A stretch of 64,000 nt of DNA, taken from positions 4,032,001 to 4,096,000 of the forward strand of contig OZ244252.1 in assembly GCA_965217185.1 (NCBI GenBank), written 5' to 3'. Shown piece after piece: positions 56,397-64,000 of the stretch. This DNA is from an uncultured Candidatus Entotheonella sp. GTDB lineage: Bacteria; Tectomicrobia; Entotheonellia; Entotheonellales; Entotheonellaceae. Positions within the stretch are counted from its first letter, which is position 1; each line of letters opens with the position of its first letter. A program made the translations under genes and the position numbers. The notes under the pieces were generated by a model. The model had not been told where the DNA came from. It saw only the letters and a list, made by a program, of their open reading frames with translations, and did no database searches.

Positions 56397-57296
56397 GTGA
56401 TCGAGATACGACCCATGTCGATTCATATCGGTGCGGAAATTCACGGTGTCGATCTGACTCAACCGCTGGCGCCGGAAACGGTACAGGAGATTCGCACTGC
56501 CTTGTTGCAATGGAAGGTGGTGTTTTTTCGTGACCAACACCTCAATCATCAGCAGCAGACCGACTTTGCCCGGCAATTCGGCCAGCTGACTCCCGGACAC
56601 GTGGTGTTCGGCAACGACGCCACCTATCCTGCCATTTACTCGGTGGCCAAACACCGCATGGCCAATCGCCACCAACGCCAAGGGGCGATGAAGCCCTGGA
56701 CGGGTTGGCACACCGACATCACCGCTGCCATTAACCCGCCGGCCGCCTCCATTTTGCGTGGCGAGATCGTCCCGCCCTACGGCGGCGACACGCAATGGAC
56801 TAATCTGGTGGTCGCCTATGAAAACCTGTCGTCCACGTTGCAGGGCTTTATCGATGGGTTGCGCTGCGTGCACCGCTATGCGGTCCCACAAACCGCCCAA
56901 AATACTGAGGAATACGATGAGCTGGTGCGCCGCCGCACGCTGGTTAGCGAGCACCCGCTGGTGCGGGTTCATCCCGAAACGGGTGAACGTGCTCTGTATT
57001 GCAGCCCGTCGTTTCTCAAGTCAATCGTTGGCCTGACGCCGCGCGAGAGCGAGCAAATGCTGGAGCTCCTGTGGGAACACGCCATCCGGCCGGAATTCAC
57101 GGTGCGCTTCAAGTGGGAACCGGGTAGCCTGGCGTTTTGGGACAATCGCTCGACCGCCCATCTCGCTCCGCGGGATATCTTTGCGACCGATTTCGATCGA
57201 CAGTTCTACCGCATCACCCTCATGGGTGACATCCCGGTGGGGATTGACGGTAAGGAGTCCGTCTCGGTCGCCGGCGACCCAATTACGCCTCTGTGA
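56397..57296 (+). CDS. TauD/TfdA-family Fe(II)/2-oxoglutarate dioxygenase
   Basis: Motifs IGAEIHGVDL, WHTD, GGDT and WDNRSTAH. GTG start after AAGGAGG. Confidence 0.92.
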   Translation: MIEIRPMSIHIGAEIHGVDLTQPLAPETVQEIRTALLQWKVVFFRDQHLNHQQQTDFARQFGQLTPGHVVFGNDATYPAIYSVAKHRMANRHQRQGAMKPWTGWHTDITAAINPPAASILRGEIVPPYGGDTQWTNLVVAYENLSSTLQGFIDGLRCVHRYAVPQTAQNTEEYDELVRRRTLVSEHPLVRVHPETGERALYCSPSFLKSIVGLTPRESEQMLELLWEHAIRPEFTVRFKWEPGSLAFWDNRSTAHLAPRDIFATDFDRQFYRITLMGDIPVGIDGKESVSVAGDPITPL

Positions 57297-57336
57297 GTGG
57301 TGCCCCCGCCACAGCCATTGCACCGCGATTGGACGC

Positions 57337-57370
57337 AAAAAAGCCCCGGAGGCGGAATGCCTCCGGGGCT
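57337..57370 (-). terminator. Rho-independent terminator on the minus strand
   Basis: The minus strand reads AGCCCCGGAGGC-ATTCC-GCCTCCGGGGCT-TTTTT. Confidence 0.85.
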
Positions 57371-57498
57371 AAGCGGTGGGCTGCTTGGACTAGCCGAGGC
57401 ACCTGAGTGCCGACGCCTATAAGCGCCCAAGCCGATGCCTCAAGCCTCAGCCACCTCGCTGATCGTATGTTGCATTAGATCACCTCCTTTCTTGCGTG
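57337..57498 (-). ncRNA. Candidate small RNA / mini-ORF transcript (ORF 57475-57440, MQHTISEVAEA)
   Basis: It has its own promoter, the SD AGAAAGGAGGTGATC, an 11-codon ORF, a hairpin and a terminator. Confidence 0.55.
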
Positions 57499-57503
57499 CG
57501 GCA

Positions 57504-57531
57504 AGGATAGCATCCCGCGACGTTATGTCAA
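57504..57531 (-). promoter_or_regulatory. Sigma70-type promoter
   Basis: TTGACA-N16-TATCCT with an extended -10 TGn. Confidence 0.7.
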
Positions 57532-57592
57532 GCGACATTTGACGGCTTGTGGGTCACCTCACAAGTGGGTTCAGAGGCTCGGGGTCTCGCCA

Positions 57593-57621
57593 TTGACTCA
57601 ACCTCCAATCGCGTCTAGGAT
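57593..57621 (+). promoter_or_regulatory. Sigma70-type promoter of the dehydrogenase operon
   Basis: TTGACT-N17-TAGGAT. Confidence 0.6.
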
Positions 57622-57694
57622 GGCGCCTCGCTTACGATCAGCCCGGGCAGAGTCGGCTCTGCCCGTTTTTATGTATCAAACGGAGGACTTACTG

Positions 57695-58678
57695 ATGCCA
57701 GTTGAAGCTCCCTCGGCGGAAAAGCTCCTCGACATGTATGCGCGCATGTGGTGCATACGCCTGTTCGAGGAACAAGCGGAATACCAGTCCAGCCAGGGTA
57801 AGGTGATGGGAGCCCTGCATACCTACATCGGTGAAGAAGGCGTGGCGGTGCCCGTCTGTGCGCACCTGCAGGACACGGATTACATCACCAGCACCCACCG
57901 AGGCCACGGCCACTGCATTGCCAAAGGCGCCGATATCAGTCGCATGATGGCCGAGCTCTTTGGCCGCTCCACCGGTTATTGCAAGGGTAAGGGCGGCTCC
58001 ATGCACATCGCCGATTTCAAGGTCGGCATGCTGGGGGCGAACGGCATCGTGGCCGGGGGGTTCGGGATCGCCACCGGCGCCGGTCTGGCGGCCCAGTTGC
58101 GCGGCAACGGTCAGGTGGCGGTGTGCTTTTTCGGCGACGGGGCGGCCAATCGCGGCCCGTTTCACGAAAACATCAACATCGGCGCCGTATGGAAGCTGCC
58201 GGTGGTGTACGTGTGCGAGAACAACCAGTTCGCGCAGTGGACGCCGCAGAAGGACGTGACGCTGGTGACCGACATCGCCAACATGTCGCCGGCCTACGGT
58301 ATCCCGGGCGTGCAGGTGGACGGTATGGACCCCCTGGCCGTGTACGAGGCGGCCGGCGAAGCGATCGCGCGCGCGCGCCGGGGCGAAGGGCCGACCCTGC
58401 TGGAGTGTAAGACCTACCGCTTTCACGGTCACAACTTCGGCGACCCGCAGCAGTACCGCACGCGAGAGGAAATTGCCGAGTGGTCCGACAACCGCGACCC
58501 CGTCAAGCAAATGGCGGCGCACCTGCGCGACGCCGGCATCCTGAGTGACGAGCAGGACGCCGACATCCAGAATACGGTGCAGGAAGAGATCACCGCAGCG
58601 GTGCGCTTTGCTGAGAGCAGCCCGTATCCAACACCGGACGAACTGTACAAAGACGTCTATTCCTACGATATCGGTTGA
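57695..58678 (+). CDS. TPP-dependent pyruvate/acetoin dehydrogenase E1 alpha
   Basis: Motifs STHRGHGH, GKGGSMH, FGDGA...ENN and TYRFHGH. Confidence 0.92.
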   Translation: MPVEAPSAEKLLDMYARMWCIRLFEEQAEYQSSQGKVMGALHTYIGEEGVAVPVCAHLQDTDYITSTHRGHGHCIAKGADISRMMAELFGRSTGYCKGKGGSMHIADFKVGMLGANGIVAGGFGIATGAGLAAQLRGNGQVAVCFFGDGAANRGPFHENINIGAVWKLPVVYVCENNQFAQWTPQKDVTLVTDIANMSPAYGIPGVQVDGMDPLAVYEAAGEAIARARRGEGPTLLECKTYRFHGHNFGDPQQYRTREEIAEWSDNRDPVKQMAAHLRDAGILSDEQDADIQNTVQEEITAAVRFAESSPYPTPDELYKDVYSYDIG

Positions 58679-58721
58679 CGACATCCGGCCTGCGGTCGGG
58701 ACCTGGAAGGGGAGCAAGCTG

Positions 58722-59693
58722 ATGCCGAAAAAGAGCATGCGCGACGCGTTGCGCGAGGCACTTCACGAAGAAATGGAACGGGATGACAGCATTATCGTGC
58801 TGGGTGAGGACGTGATTACCCACGGCGGTCCGTACGCCGTGACGCGGGGTCTTGACGAGAAATTTCCCGGTCGCATTCGCCAGACGCCGATTTCCGAGGC
58901 GGGCATTGTCGGCACTGCCCTCGGCGCGGCGCTGTGCGGCATGCGCCCGGTGGCGGAAGTCATGTACGTCGATTTTGCCACCTGCGCCATGGACGAGGTG
59001 GTGAATCAGATGGCCAAGGTGCGCTACATGTTCGGCGGCCAGACCGACGTGCCCGTGGTGCTGCGTTTGCCGTCGGGCTCGGCGCGGCTGCTGGCGGCCC
59101 AGCATTCGCAATGCCTGGAGGCGTGGTTCCTGCACGTGCCCGGCCTGCAGGTGGTGGTGCCGTCGACGGCGTACGACGCCAAGGGCCTGATGAAGACCGC
59201 CCTGCGCGGCAAGGACCCGGTGCTGTTCATGGAGTACAAACGGCTGTACACCAACGAGTGCGAGGTACCGGACGAGGACTACGCGATACCGTTCGGGCAG
59301 GCGGACGTAAAGCGGGAAGGAGGCGACGTGACCATCGTGGCCACCGGCCCCATGGTGCCGAAGGCGCTGGAGGCGGCCGATCTTCTGTCGCCGGAAGGCA
59401 TTGAGGTCGAGGTGGTGGATACCCGCACGCTGGTGCCGTTTGACAAGGCGACGGTGTTCGCTTCGGTCGAAAAGACCAACCGGGTGATCGTGACCGACGA
59501 GGAGGTGAAGCGCGGCGGCACCAGTGCCGAGATCGCCTCGCTGATCGCCGAGGAGTGTTTCGACGCCCTGGACGCGCCGGTGAAGCGCGTGGCGGCGGCG
59601 GAAGTGCCGATGCCGTTCAGCCCGGAACTGGAAAAGCTGGTGGTGCCCAAGACCGAGCATCTGGTCGCCGCGGCCCGCGAACTCGTCGGCTAG
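58722..59693 (+). CDS. Pyruvate/acetoin dehydrogenase E1 beta
   Basis: Motifs LGEDV, TPISEAGI, AQHSQ, DAKGL and LDAPVKRV. Confidence 0.92.
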   Translation: MPKKSMRDALREALHEEMERDDSIIVLGEDVITHGGPYAVTRGLDEKFPGRIRQTPISEAGIVGTALGAALCGMRPVAEVMYVDFATCAMDEVVNQMAKVRYMFGGQTDVPVVLRLPSGSARLLAAQHSQCLEAWFLHVPGLQVVVPSTAYDAKGLMKTALRGKDPVLFMEYKRLYTNECEVPDEDYAIPFGQADVKREGGDVTIVATGPMVPKALEAADLLSPEGIEVEVVDTRTLVPFDKATVFASVEKTNRVIVTDEEVKRGGTSAEIASLIAEECFDALDAPVKRVAAAEVPMPFSPELEKLVVPKTEHLVAAARELVG

Positions 59694-59706
59694 AGGAGAC
59701 GGGTGG

Positions 59707-61086
59707 ATGGCCATCACATTCGGTATGCCCAGCCTCGGGCATACGATGGAAAAAGGCAAGATCATTGAGTGGTTGAAGCAGGAAGGCGACGCCGTCGCTA
59801 AGGGCGAGCCGCTGGTGGTGATTGAAACCGATAAGGTAATCACCGAGGTCGAGTCGCCTGTCGACGGCGTGGTATTGAAGATCGCTGTCGCCGCTGAGGA
59901 AGAACGGCCGATCGGCTCGCCGCTGGTATTGTTGGGTTCGGCTGGCGAGCAGCTCAGTGAGGCGGATATTCAGCAGTTGCTCGGTGATGATACTGCAGCG
60001 GCGTCGGCTGCTCCGCCAGTTCCGGCGCCCGTACCCACTCCGGCTGCACCGCCTAGGGCCGCAGCGGCCGGCGAGCGGGTGAAAATATCCCCGATCGCCC
60101 GCAAGCTGTGCGACGAGTTGGGTATCGACCCGGCTACCGTGCCCGGCACCGGACCGGGCGGGCGCATCACTCGCGAGGACGTTGAAAAAGCTGTGCAAGC
60201 CGCCCCGGCGCCAGCCGCTGCCGAGCGCGTCAAGATTTCCCCGGTGGCGCGCAAGCTATGCGAGGAGATGGGCGTCGATCCGGCCAGTGTGACGGGCACC
60301 GGCCCGGGCGGCAGGATTACCCGTGACGATGTGCTGAAGGCCGCCGAGGCGGCAAAGGCGGCGCCTGTTCCGGCCGCCGCGTCGGCGGCCGCTGGCAGTA
60401 CCGTGCCGCTGCGTGGCATACGCGGGCGCGTTGCCGAGCGCATGTTCCAGAGTTGGAACACCATCCCGCGGGTCACCGAGGTCATGCTCGTCGACATGAA
60501 TGCCACGGTGAGTTTCCGCCAAGCCATGCTGGCGCAGTGGGAGCAGCAGTATGGGGTTCGCATCTCGCTGAACGACCTGATTACCAAGGCGGTTGCCGAG
60601 GCCCTGCGCCGCCATCCCAGGCTGAACGCCACCCTCGTGGACCAGGAAGTGCACCTGCACGAGAATGTCAATGTCGGTGTCGCCGTCAACCTCGACGAGG
60701 GGCTCATCGTGCCGGTGATTGCCGACGCCGACCGCAAGGACCTCGGTCAGATCGCCCGCGAAAGCCGCGAGTTGGCCGAGAAGGCCCGCGCCGTGCCGAT
60801 GCGCCTGTCGCCCGACGAGGTCAACAACGGCACCTTCACCATTACCAATCTGGGCACCACCGGCATCGATCTCTTCACGCCCATCATCAATCCGCCGCAA
60901 GTCGCCATTCTGGGGGTGGGCATGGTGCAACGCCGGCCCGTGGTCGTCGGGGACGCCTTGGCGATTCGCCCCTCGGTTTACCTCTGCCTGGTGTTCGATC
61001 ACCGCGCCGTGGACGGCGTGCCGGCGGCCTATTTCTTGCAAGAGTTGCAACGCCTGCTCGAAAAACCCCAGGAATTCGCGCTCTGA
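59707..61086 (+). CDS. Dihydrolipoamide acyltransferase E2 (one lipoyl domain, two subunit-binding domains)
   Basis: ETDK lipoyl site, GTGPGGRITR twice, and DHRAVDG. Confidence 0.92.
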   Translation: MAITFGMPSLGHTMEKGKIIEWLKQEGDAVAKGEPLVVIETDKVITEVESPVDGVVLKIAVAAEEERPIGSPLVLLGSAGEQLSEADIQQLLGDDTAAASAAPPVPAPVPTPAAPPRAAAAGERVKISPIARKLCDELGIDPATVPGTGPGGRITREDVEKAVQAAPAPAAAERVKISPVARKLCEEMGVDPASVTGTGPGGRITRDDVLKAAEAAKAAPVPAAASAAAGSTVPLRGIRGRVAERMFQSWNTIPRVTEVMLVDMNATVSFRQAMLAQWEQQYGVRISLNDLITKAVAEALRRHPRLNATLVDQEVHLHENVNVGVAVNLDEGLIVPVIADADRKDLGQIARESRELAEKARAVPMRLSPDEVNNGTFTITNLGTTGIDLFTPIINPPQVAILGVGMVQRRPVVVGDALAIRPSVYLCLVFDHRAVDGVPAAYFLQELQRLLEKPQEFAL

Positions 61087-61119
61087 GTCGGCGACGGGGG
61101 CTCGTATAACCGAGTCCCC

Positions 61120-62202
61120 TCAGCCGGCGTTCCCCTGCATGCGCTCGTAATCGCGCACAGCCTCCAGCACCTTATGGTTGGCCTTGGGGAGCGGGTAGGT
61201 GCCGATTTCTTGCAGACTCACCCAGCGTACCTCGTCGCTTGTCAGCGCCTTGGCCTCGCCGCTGCGCCATTCGCAGCGATAGGCGGTCAGGGTGATCTTG
61301 AAGTGGGTGTAGCCGTGCTCGACCCGGCAATACGGGAAGCCGACACGGATGCGCAGGCCGGTCTTCGCGTGGACTTCGCGGCGCAGCGTCGTGGCGGGGG
61401 CTTCGCCGGGCTTTGACTTGCCGCCCGGAAATACCCACAGCCCGCCGAGCATCTGATCCTGCCGCCGCCGCGCCAGCAGAAATTTTTCGTCCTTCCAGAC
61501 GATCCCGGCCACGATCTGGTGATGCGGCACCGGCTTGCGGGCGCTTTTCACCGGTAACTCGGCGGTGCGTCCGGTTTGGAAGGCCACGCAGTCCGCCTGC
61601 AGCGGGCAGGCGTTGCAGCGCGGCGCCTGCGGGCGGCAAACCAGCGCGCCGACTTCCATCATTGCCTGATTGAACGCCGACGGCGGTGCCGCGGCGATGA
61701 AGGGCGTCAAGCGGGTCTGCAACTCGGTGCGCAGGCGTGGCTGGCGGATGTCAGTCGCGATGCCCCAAAACCGGCAGAATACCCGCAGGACGTTGCCGTC
61801 GACCACTGGCACCGGATACCCGAACGCGATGCTGCCGACGGCTGCTGTCGTGTAGGGGCCAAAACCAGGCAGGCGGCGCAGCGCCTCGATGTCTCCGGGC
61901 AACTCGCCGTCGTGCTGCGCCACGAGCAGTTGGGCGGTCTTATGCAGGTTGCGGGCGCGCGAGTAATAACCCAGCCCCTCCCACAGCTTGAGCACCGCCT
62001 GCTGGTCCGCCGCCGCCAAGGCCGGCACGTCCGGGAAGGCCCGGATGAAGCGCTCGAAATAGGGGATGACGGTGTCCACCTGGGTTTGCTGCAGCATCAC
62101 CTCGCTGAGCCATACGTAGTAAGGCCGGCAGTCGTCCCGCCATGGCAGGCGGCGTTGGTGTCGCTCGAACCAGTCGAGCAACCGTGTCACCCAATCCTTC
62201 AT
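61120..62202 (-). CDS. mutY: A/G-specific adenine glycosylase
   Basis: WLSEVMLQQT, WEGLGYYSRARN, VDGNV, a 4Fe-4S cysteine cluster and a NUDIX-like C-terminus. Confidence 0.95.
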   Translation of the reverse strand: MKDWVTRLLDWFERHQRRLPWRDDCRPYYVWLSEVMLQQTQVDTVIPYFERFIRAFPDVPALAAADQQAVLKLWEGLGYYSRARNLHKTAQLLVAQHDGELPGDIEALRRLPGFGPYTTAAVGSIAFGYPVPVVDGNVLRVFCRFWGIATDIRQPRLRTELQTRLTPFIAAAPPSAFNQAMMEVGALVCRPQAPRCNACPLQADCVAFQTGRTAELPVKSARKPVPHHQIVAGIVWKDEKFLLARRRQDQMLGGLWVFPGGKSKPGEAPATTLRREVHAKTGLRIRVGFPYCRVEHGYTHFKITLTAYRCEWRSGEAKALTSDEVRWVSLQEIGTYPLPKANHKVLEAVRDYERMQGNAG

Positions 62203-62346
62203 GGCACTCTATTCCTGATTTCCGACATGGTTCTCAACGGGCAGGGGCTTTGCACAAAAGGTCAGGCGTGTTCGCGCCGTTGCGGTCAGGATCCGTCTAT
62301 GTTGGACGAGCTTCCGGTGGGTTCATGGCGAGGGTGCGTCTGCGGC

Positions 62347-62655
62347 CTAAATTTGTTCCAGGATGACGTCAATTCGTCCCTCGTTCCTTGCGACGCGCTC
62401 GCTGATGCTGAGCTTGCGGAGTTCGGAGACTTCCTTGGTGAGGCGGTCGATACGCTTGTCCATCGCGTTAAAGCGTTGGTCGACAGCGTCAAAGCGTTGA
62501 TTGATGTATCTGTCTTGGGCATCAAAACGCTGGCTGATGAGTTCGTCTTGGGCGTCCAGGCGTTGATCGACGATGGTAACCAGTGCGACGGAAGCGACGA
62601 TGATGGTCGCGATGGTGATGAGGGTGTCGCTGTGTTTCTCGATCCAGTTGGGCAT
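62347..62655 (-). CDS. Small membrane-anchored coiled-coil protein
   Basis: N-terminal TM helix, QRFDA repeats and ERVARNEG. Confidence 0.7.
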   Translation of the reverse strand: MPNWIEKHSDTLITIATIIVASVALVTIVDQRLDAQDELISQRFDAQDRYINQRFDAVDQRFNAMDKRIDRLTKEVSELRKLSISERVARNEGRIDVILEQI

Positions 62656-62820
62656 GGAACAGAGCCCCCAAAGTCGGCCACAGGATAGGAGGGAGTGTAT
62701 CACAGTTGGACTGGGGCGGGGAGCGCCGACGTCTCAACCTCAACACAGGCCAGCGAGCCCCTGCTATACTGGTCAAATTCGATTGGCAAACCAACATGTT
62801 ACGGAGAGAAAGGAACGGAC

Positions 62821-63891
62821 ATGCCACGCTTCAACCCGGCCGATCTGAGGACAGTCGGCTACACGCTTTTCGCCGCCCTCGGATGTCGGCCCGAGGACGC
62901 CCGGGCGGTCGTCGACCACTTGGTCGAGTCCAACCTGTTCGGCCACGACTCGCACGGCGCCATTCGGTTTTACGAATACGCCCAGGCGATTCGCGAGGGC
63001 CGCTTTCAGCCGCAGGCAGTGCCCAAGGTGGTGCGCGACAAGCCGTGCCTGGCGGTGGTTGACGCTGGCGGCGCCATGGGGCAGGTGGGCGCCACCTTTG
63101 CCACGCGGCTGGCCATCGACAAGGCCCGGCAACACGGCGTCGGGGCGGTATCGTTGCGCAACACCAGCCACATCGGCCGGGTCGGTGCGTACCCGCTCAT
63201 GGTGGCGCGCGAGGGGTTGATTGGGCAGATTTTCGTCAACGCCGGGCACATGGGCCATCAGGCCGCCCCGTTTGGCGGCATCGACGGCAGGCTGAGCACC
63301 AATCCGATTGCCTTTGCGGCCCCGAGGCGCGCCGCCGAGCCGCTGCTCGTGGACATGACGACGTCGGTGGTTGCGGAGGGCAAAATCCGCGTGGCGCTGA
63401 ACAAGGGCGATCAGGTACCCGAGGGCTGGATCATCGATTCGCAGGGCAATCCCACCACCGACCCGAAGGAATTCAAGGGCGACCCGCCAGGGGCCATGCT
63501 GCCGATGGGCGGCGTCGTGGCTCACAAGGGCTACGCCCTGAGCCTCATGGTCGAGATTCTCGGCGGTGCCCTGAGCGGCCTAGGATGCGCCAGCGGCGCG
63601 CCCGTCATGACCAGCAACGGCGTGTTCCTGCAGGTCTACGACATCGAGCATTTTGTCGACATGGAAGATTACTACCGCGAGGTGGAAGCGCTGACCGCGC
63701 ACGTGAAGTCAAGCCGCCCGGCGCCGGGCTTTAGCGAGATCATGCTGCCGGGCGAGCCGGAATTCCGCAGCGCCGAGCGCCGTTCGCGCGACGGCATCGA
63801 GGTGGACGACACCACGTGGTCGCGCATTTGCCAGGAGGCCAAGGCGGTCAACGTGGACGTGGGTCAGTGGGAGGCCCTGCTGACCGCCTAG
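62821..63891 (+). CDS. Ldh_2 family (malate/lactate/ureidoglycolate) oxidoreductase
   Basis: Motifs GHDSHG, SHIGR, STNPIAFAAP, DMTTS, HKGYAL and LPGEPE. Confidence 0.92.
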   Translation: MPRFNPADLRTVGYTLFAALGCRPEDARAVVDHLVESNLFGHDSHGAIRFYEYAQAIREGRFQPQAVPKVVRDKPCLAVVDAGGAMGQVGATFATRLAIDKARQHGVGAVSLRNTSHIGRVGAYPLMVAREGLIGQIFVNAGHMGHQAAPFGGIDGRLSTNPIAFAAPRRAAEPLLVDMTTSVVAEGKIRVALNKGDQVPEGWIIDSQGNPTTDPKEFKGDPPGAMLPMGGVVAHKGYALSLMVEILGGALSGLGCASGAPVMTSNGVFLQVYDIEHFVDMEDYYREVEALTAHVKSSRPAPGFSEIMLPGEPEFRSAERRSRDGIEVDDTTWSRICQEAKAVNVDVGQWEALLTA

Positions 63892-64000
63892 GAGTCGGAG
63901 GGGAGTCAGCGCACTCAGCTCGGTAGCGGCGCGGCCACCGCCCGTTGTGCCAGCGGCTGCGGATACCAGTGATCCTCGTAATCGCTCCACAGGCCGCGCA

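Noticed and set aside
57440..57442. Selenocysteine readthrough of the mini-ORF TGA
   Set aside because: A hairpin follows, but the extended frame runs into the terminator and shows no redox motif.
57478..57492. GATCACCTCCTTTCT as the 3' end of a 16S rRNA gene
   Set aside because: The upstream sequence is not rRNA (no AAGTCGTAACAAGG). It is better read as an SD on the minus strand.

Overview
This is a GC-rich window from a diderm bacterium. It has LPS-transport genes, F420-type oxidoreductases, a sigma54-driven glnB-glnA operon, Sel1 repeats and many coiled-coil and TA genes. That mix is compatible with a Tectomicrobia/Entotheonella-like or deltaproteobacterial symbiont, which is an inference only. 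Housekeeping blocks are uvrA, rnhA, lptG, katA/oxyR, msbA-lptD, hisD with a MoxR/VWA/DUF58 operon, glnB-glnA, CoA transferases with TauD, 2-oxoacid dehydrogenase E1a/E1b/E2 and mutY. Four accessory or defence patches lie between them: (1) BrnTA remnants with an MtlR-type HEPN gene, (2) an m4C methyltransferase, XcyI-like endonuclease and DUF488, (3) a PD-(D/E)XK nuclease, a Sel1-helicase fusion and a tandem-duplicated protein, and (4) an ~11 kb type I R-M island that splits the MoxR operon. The most striking structure is in hsdS. It carries an in-frame DUF559 (Vsr-like) endonuclease cassette bounded by perfect 36-bp inverted repeats, and an IS481 element has inserted into that cassette. Related short repeats occur between genes and in frame inside hsdM, suggesting an endonuclease-associated repeat or mobile system. 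A second candidate novelty is a stand-alone ~165-nt transcription unit with a consensus promoter, a 15-nt perfect Shine-Dalgarno, an 11-codon ORF, a hairpin and a terminator. Nearly every recognisable toxin or restriction component is broken by a frameshift, stop codon or IS. All family assignments come from motif recognition, not database searches.
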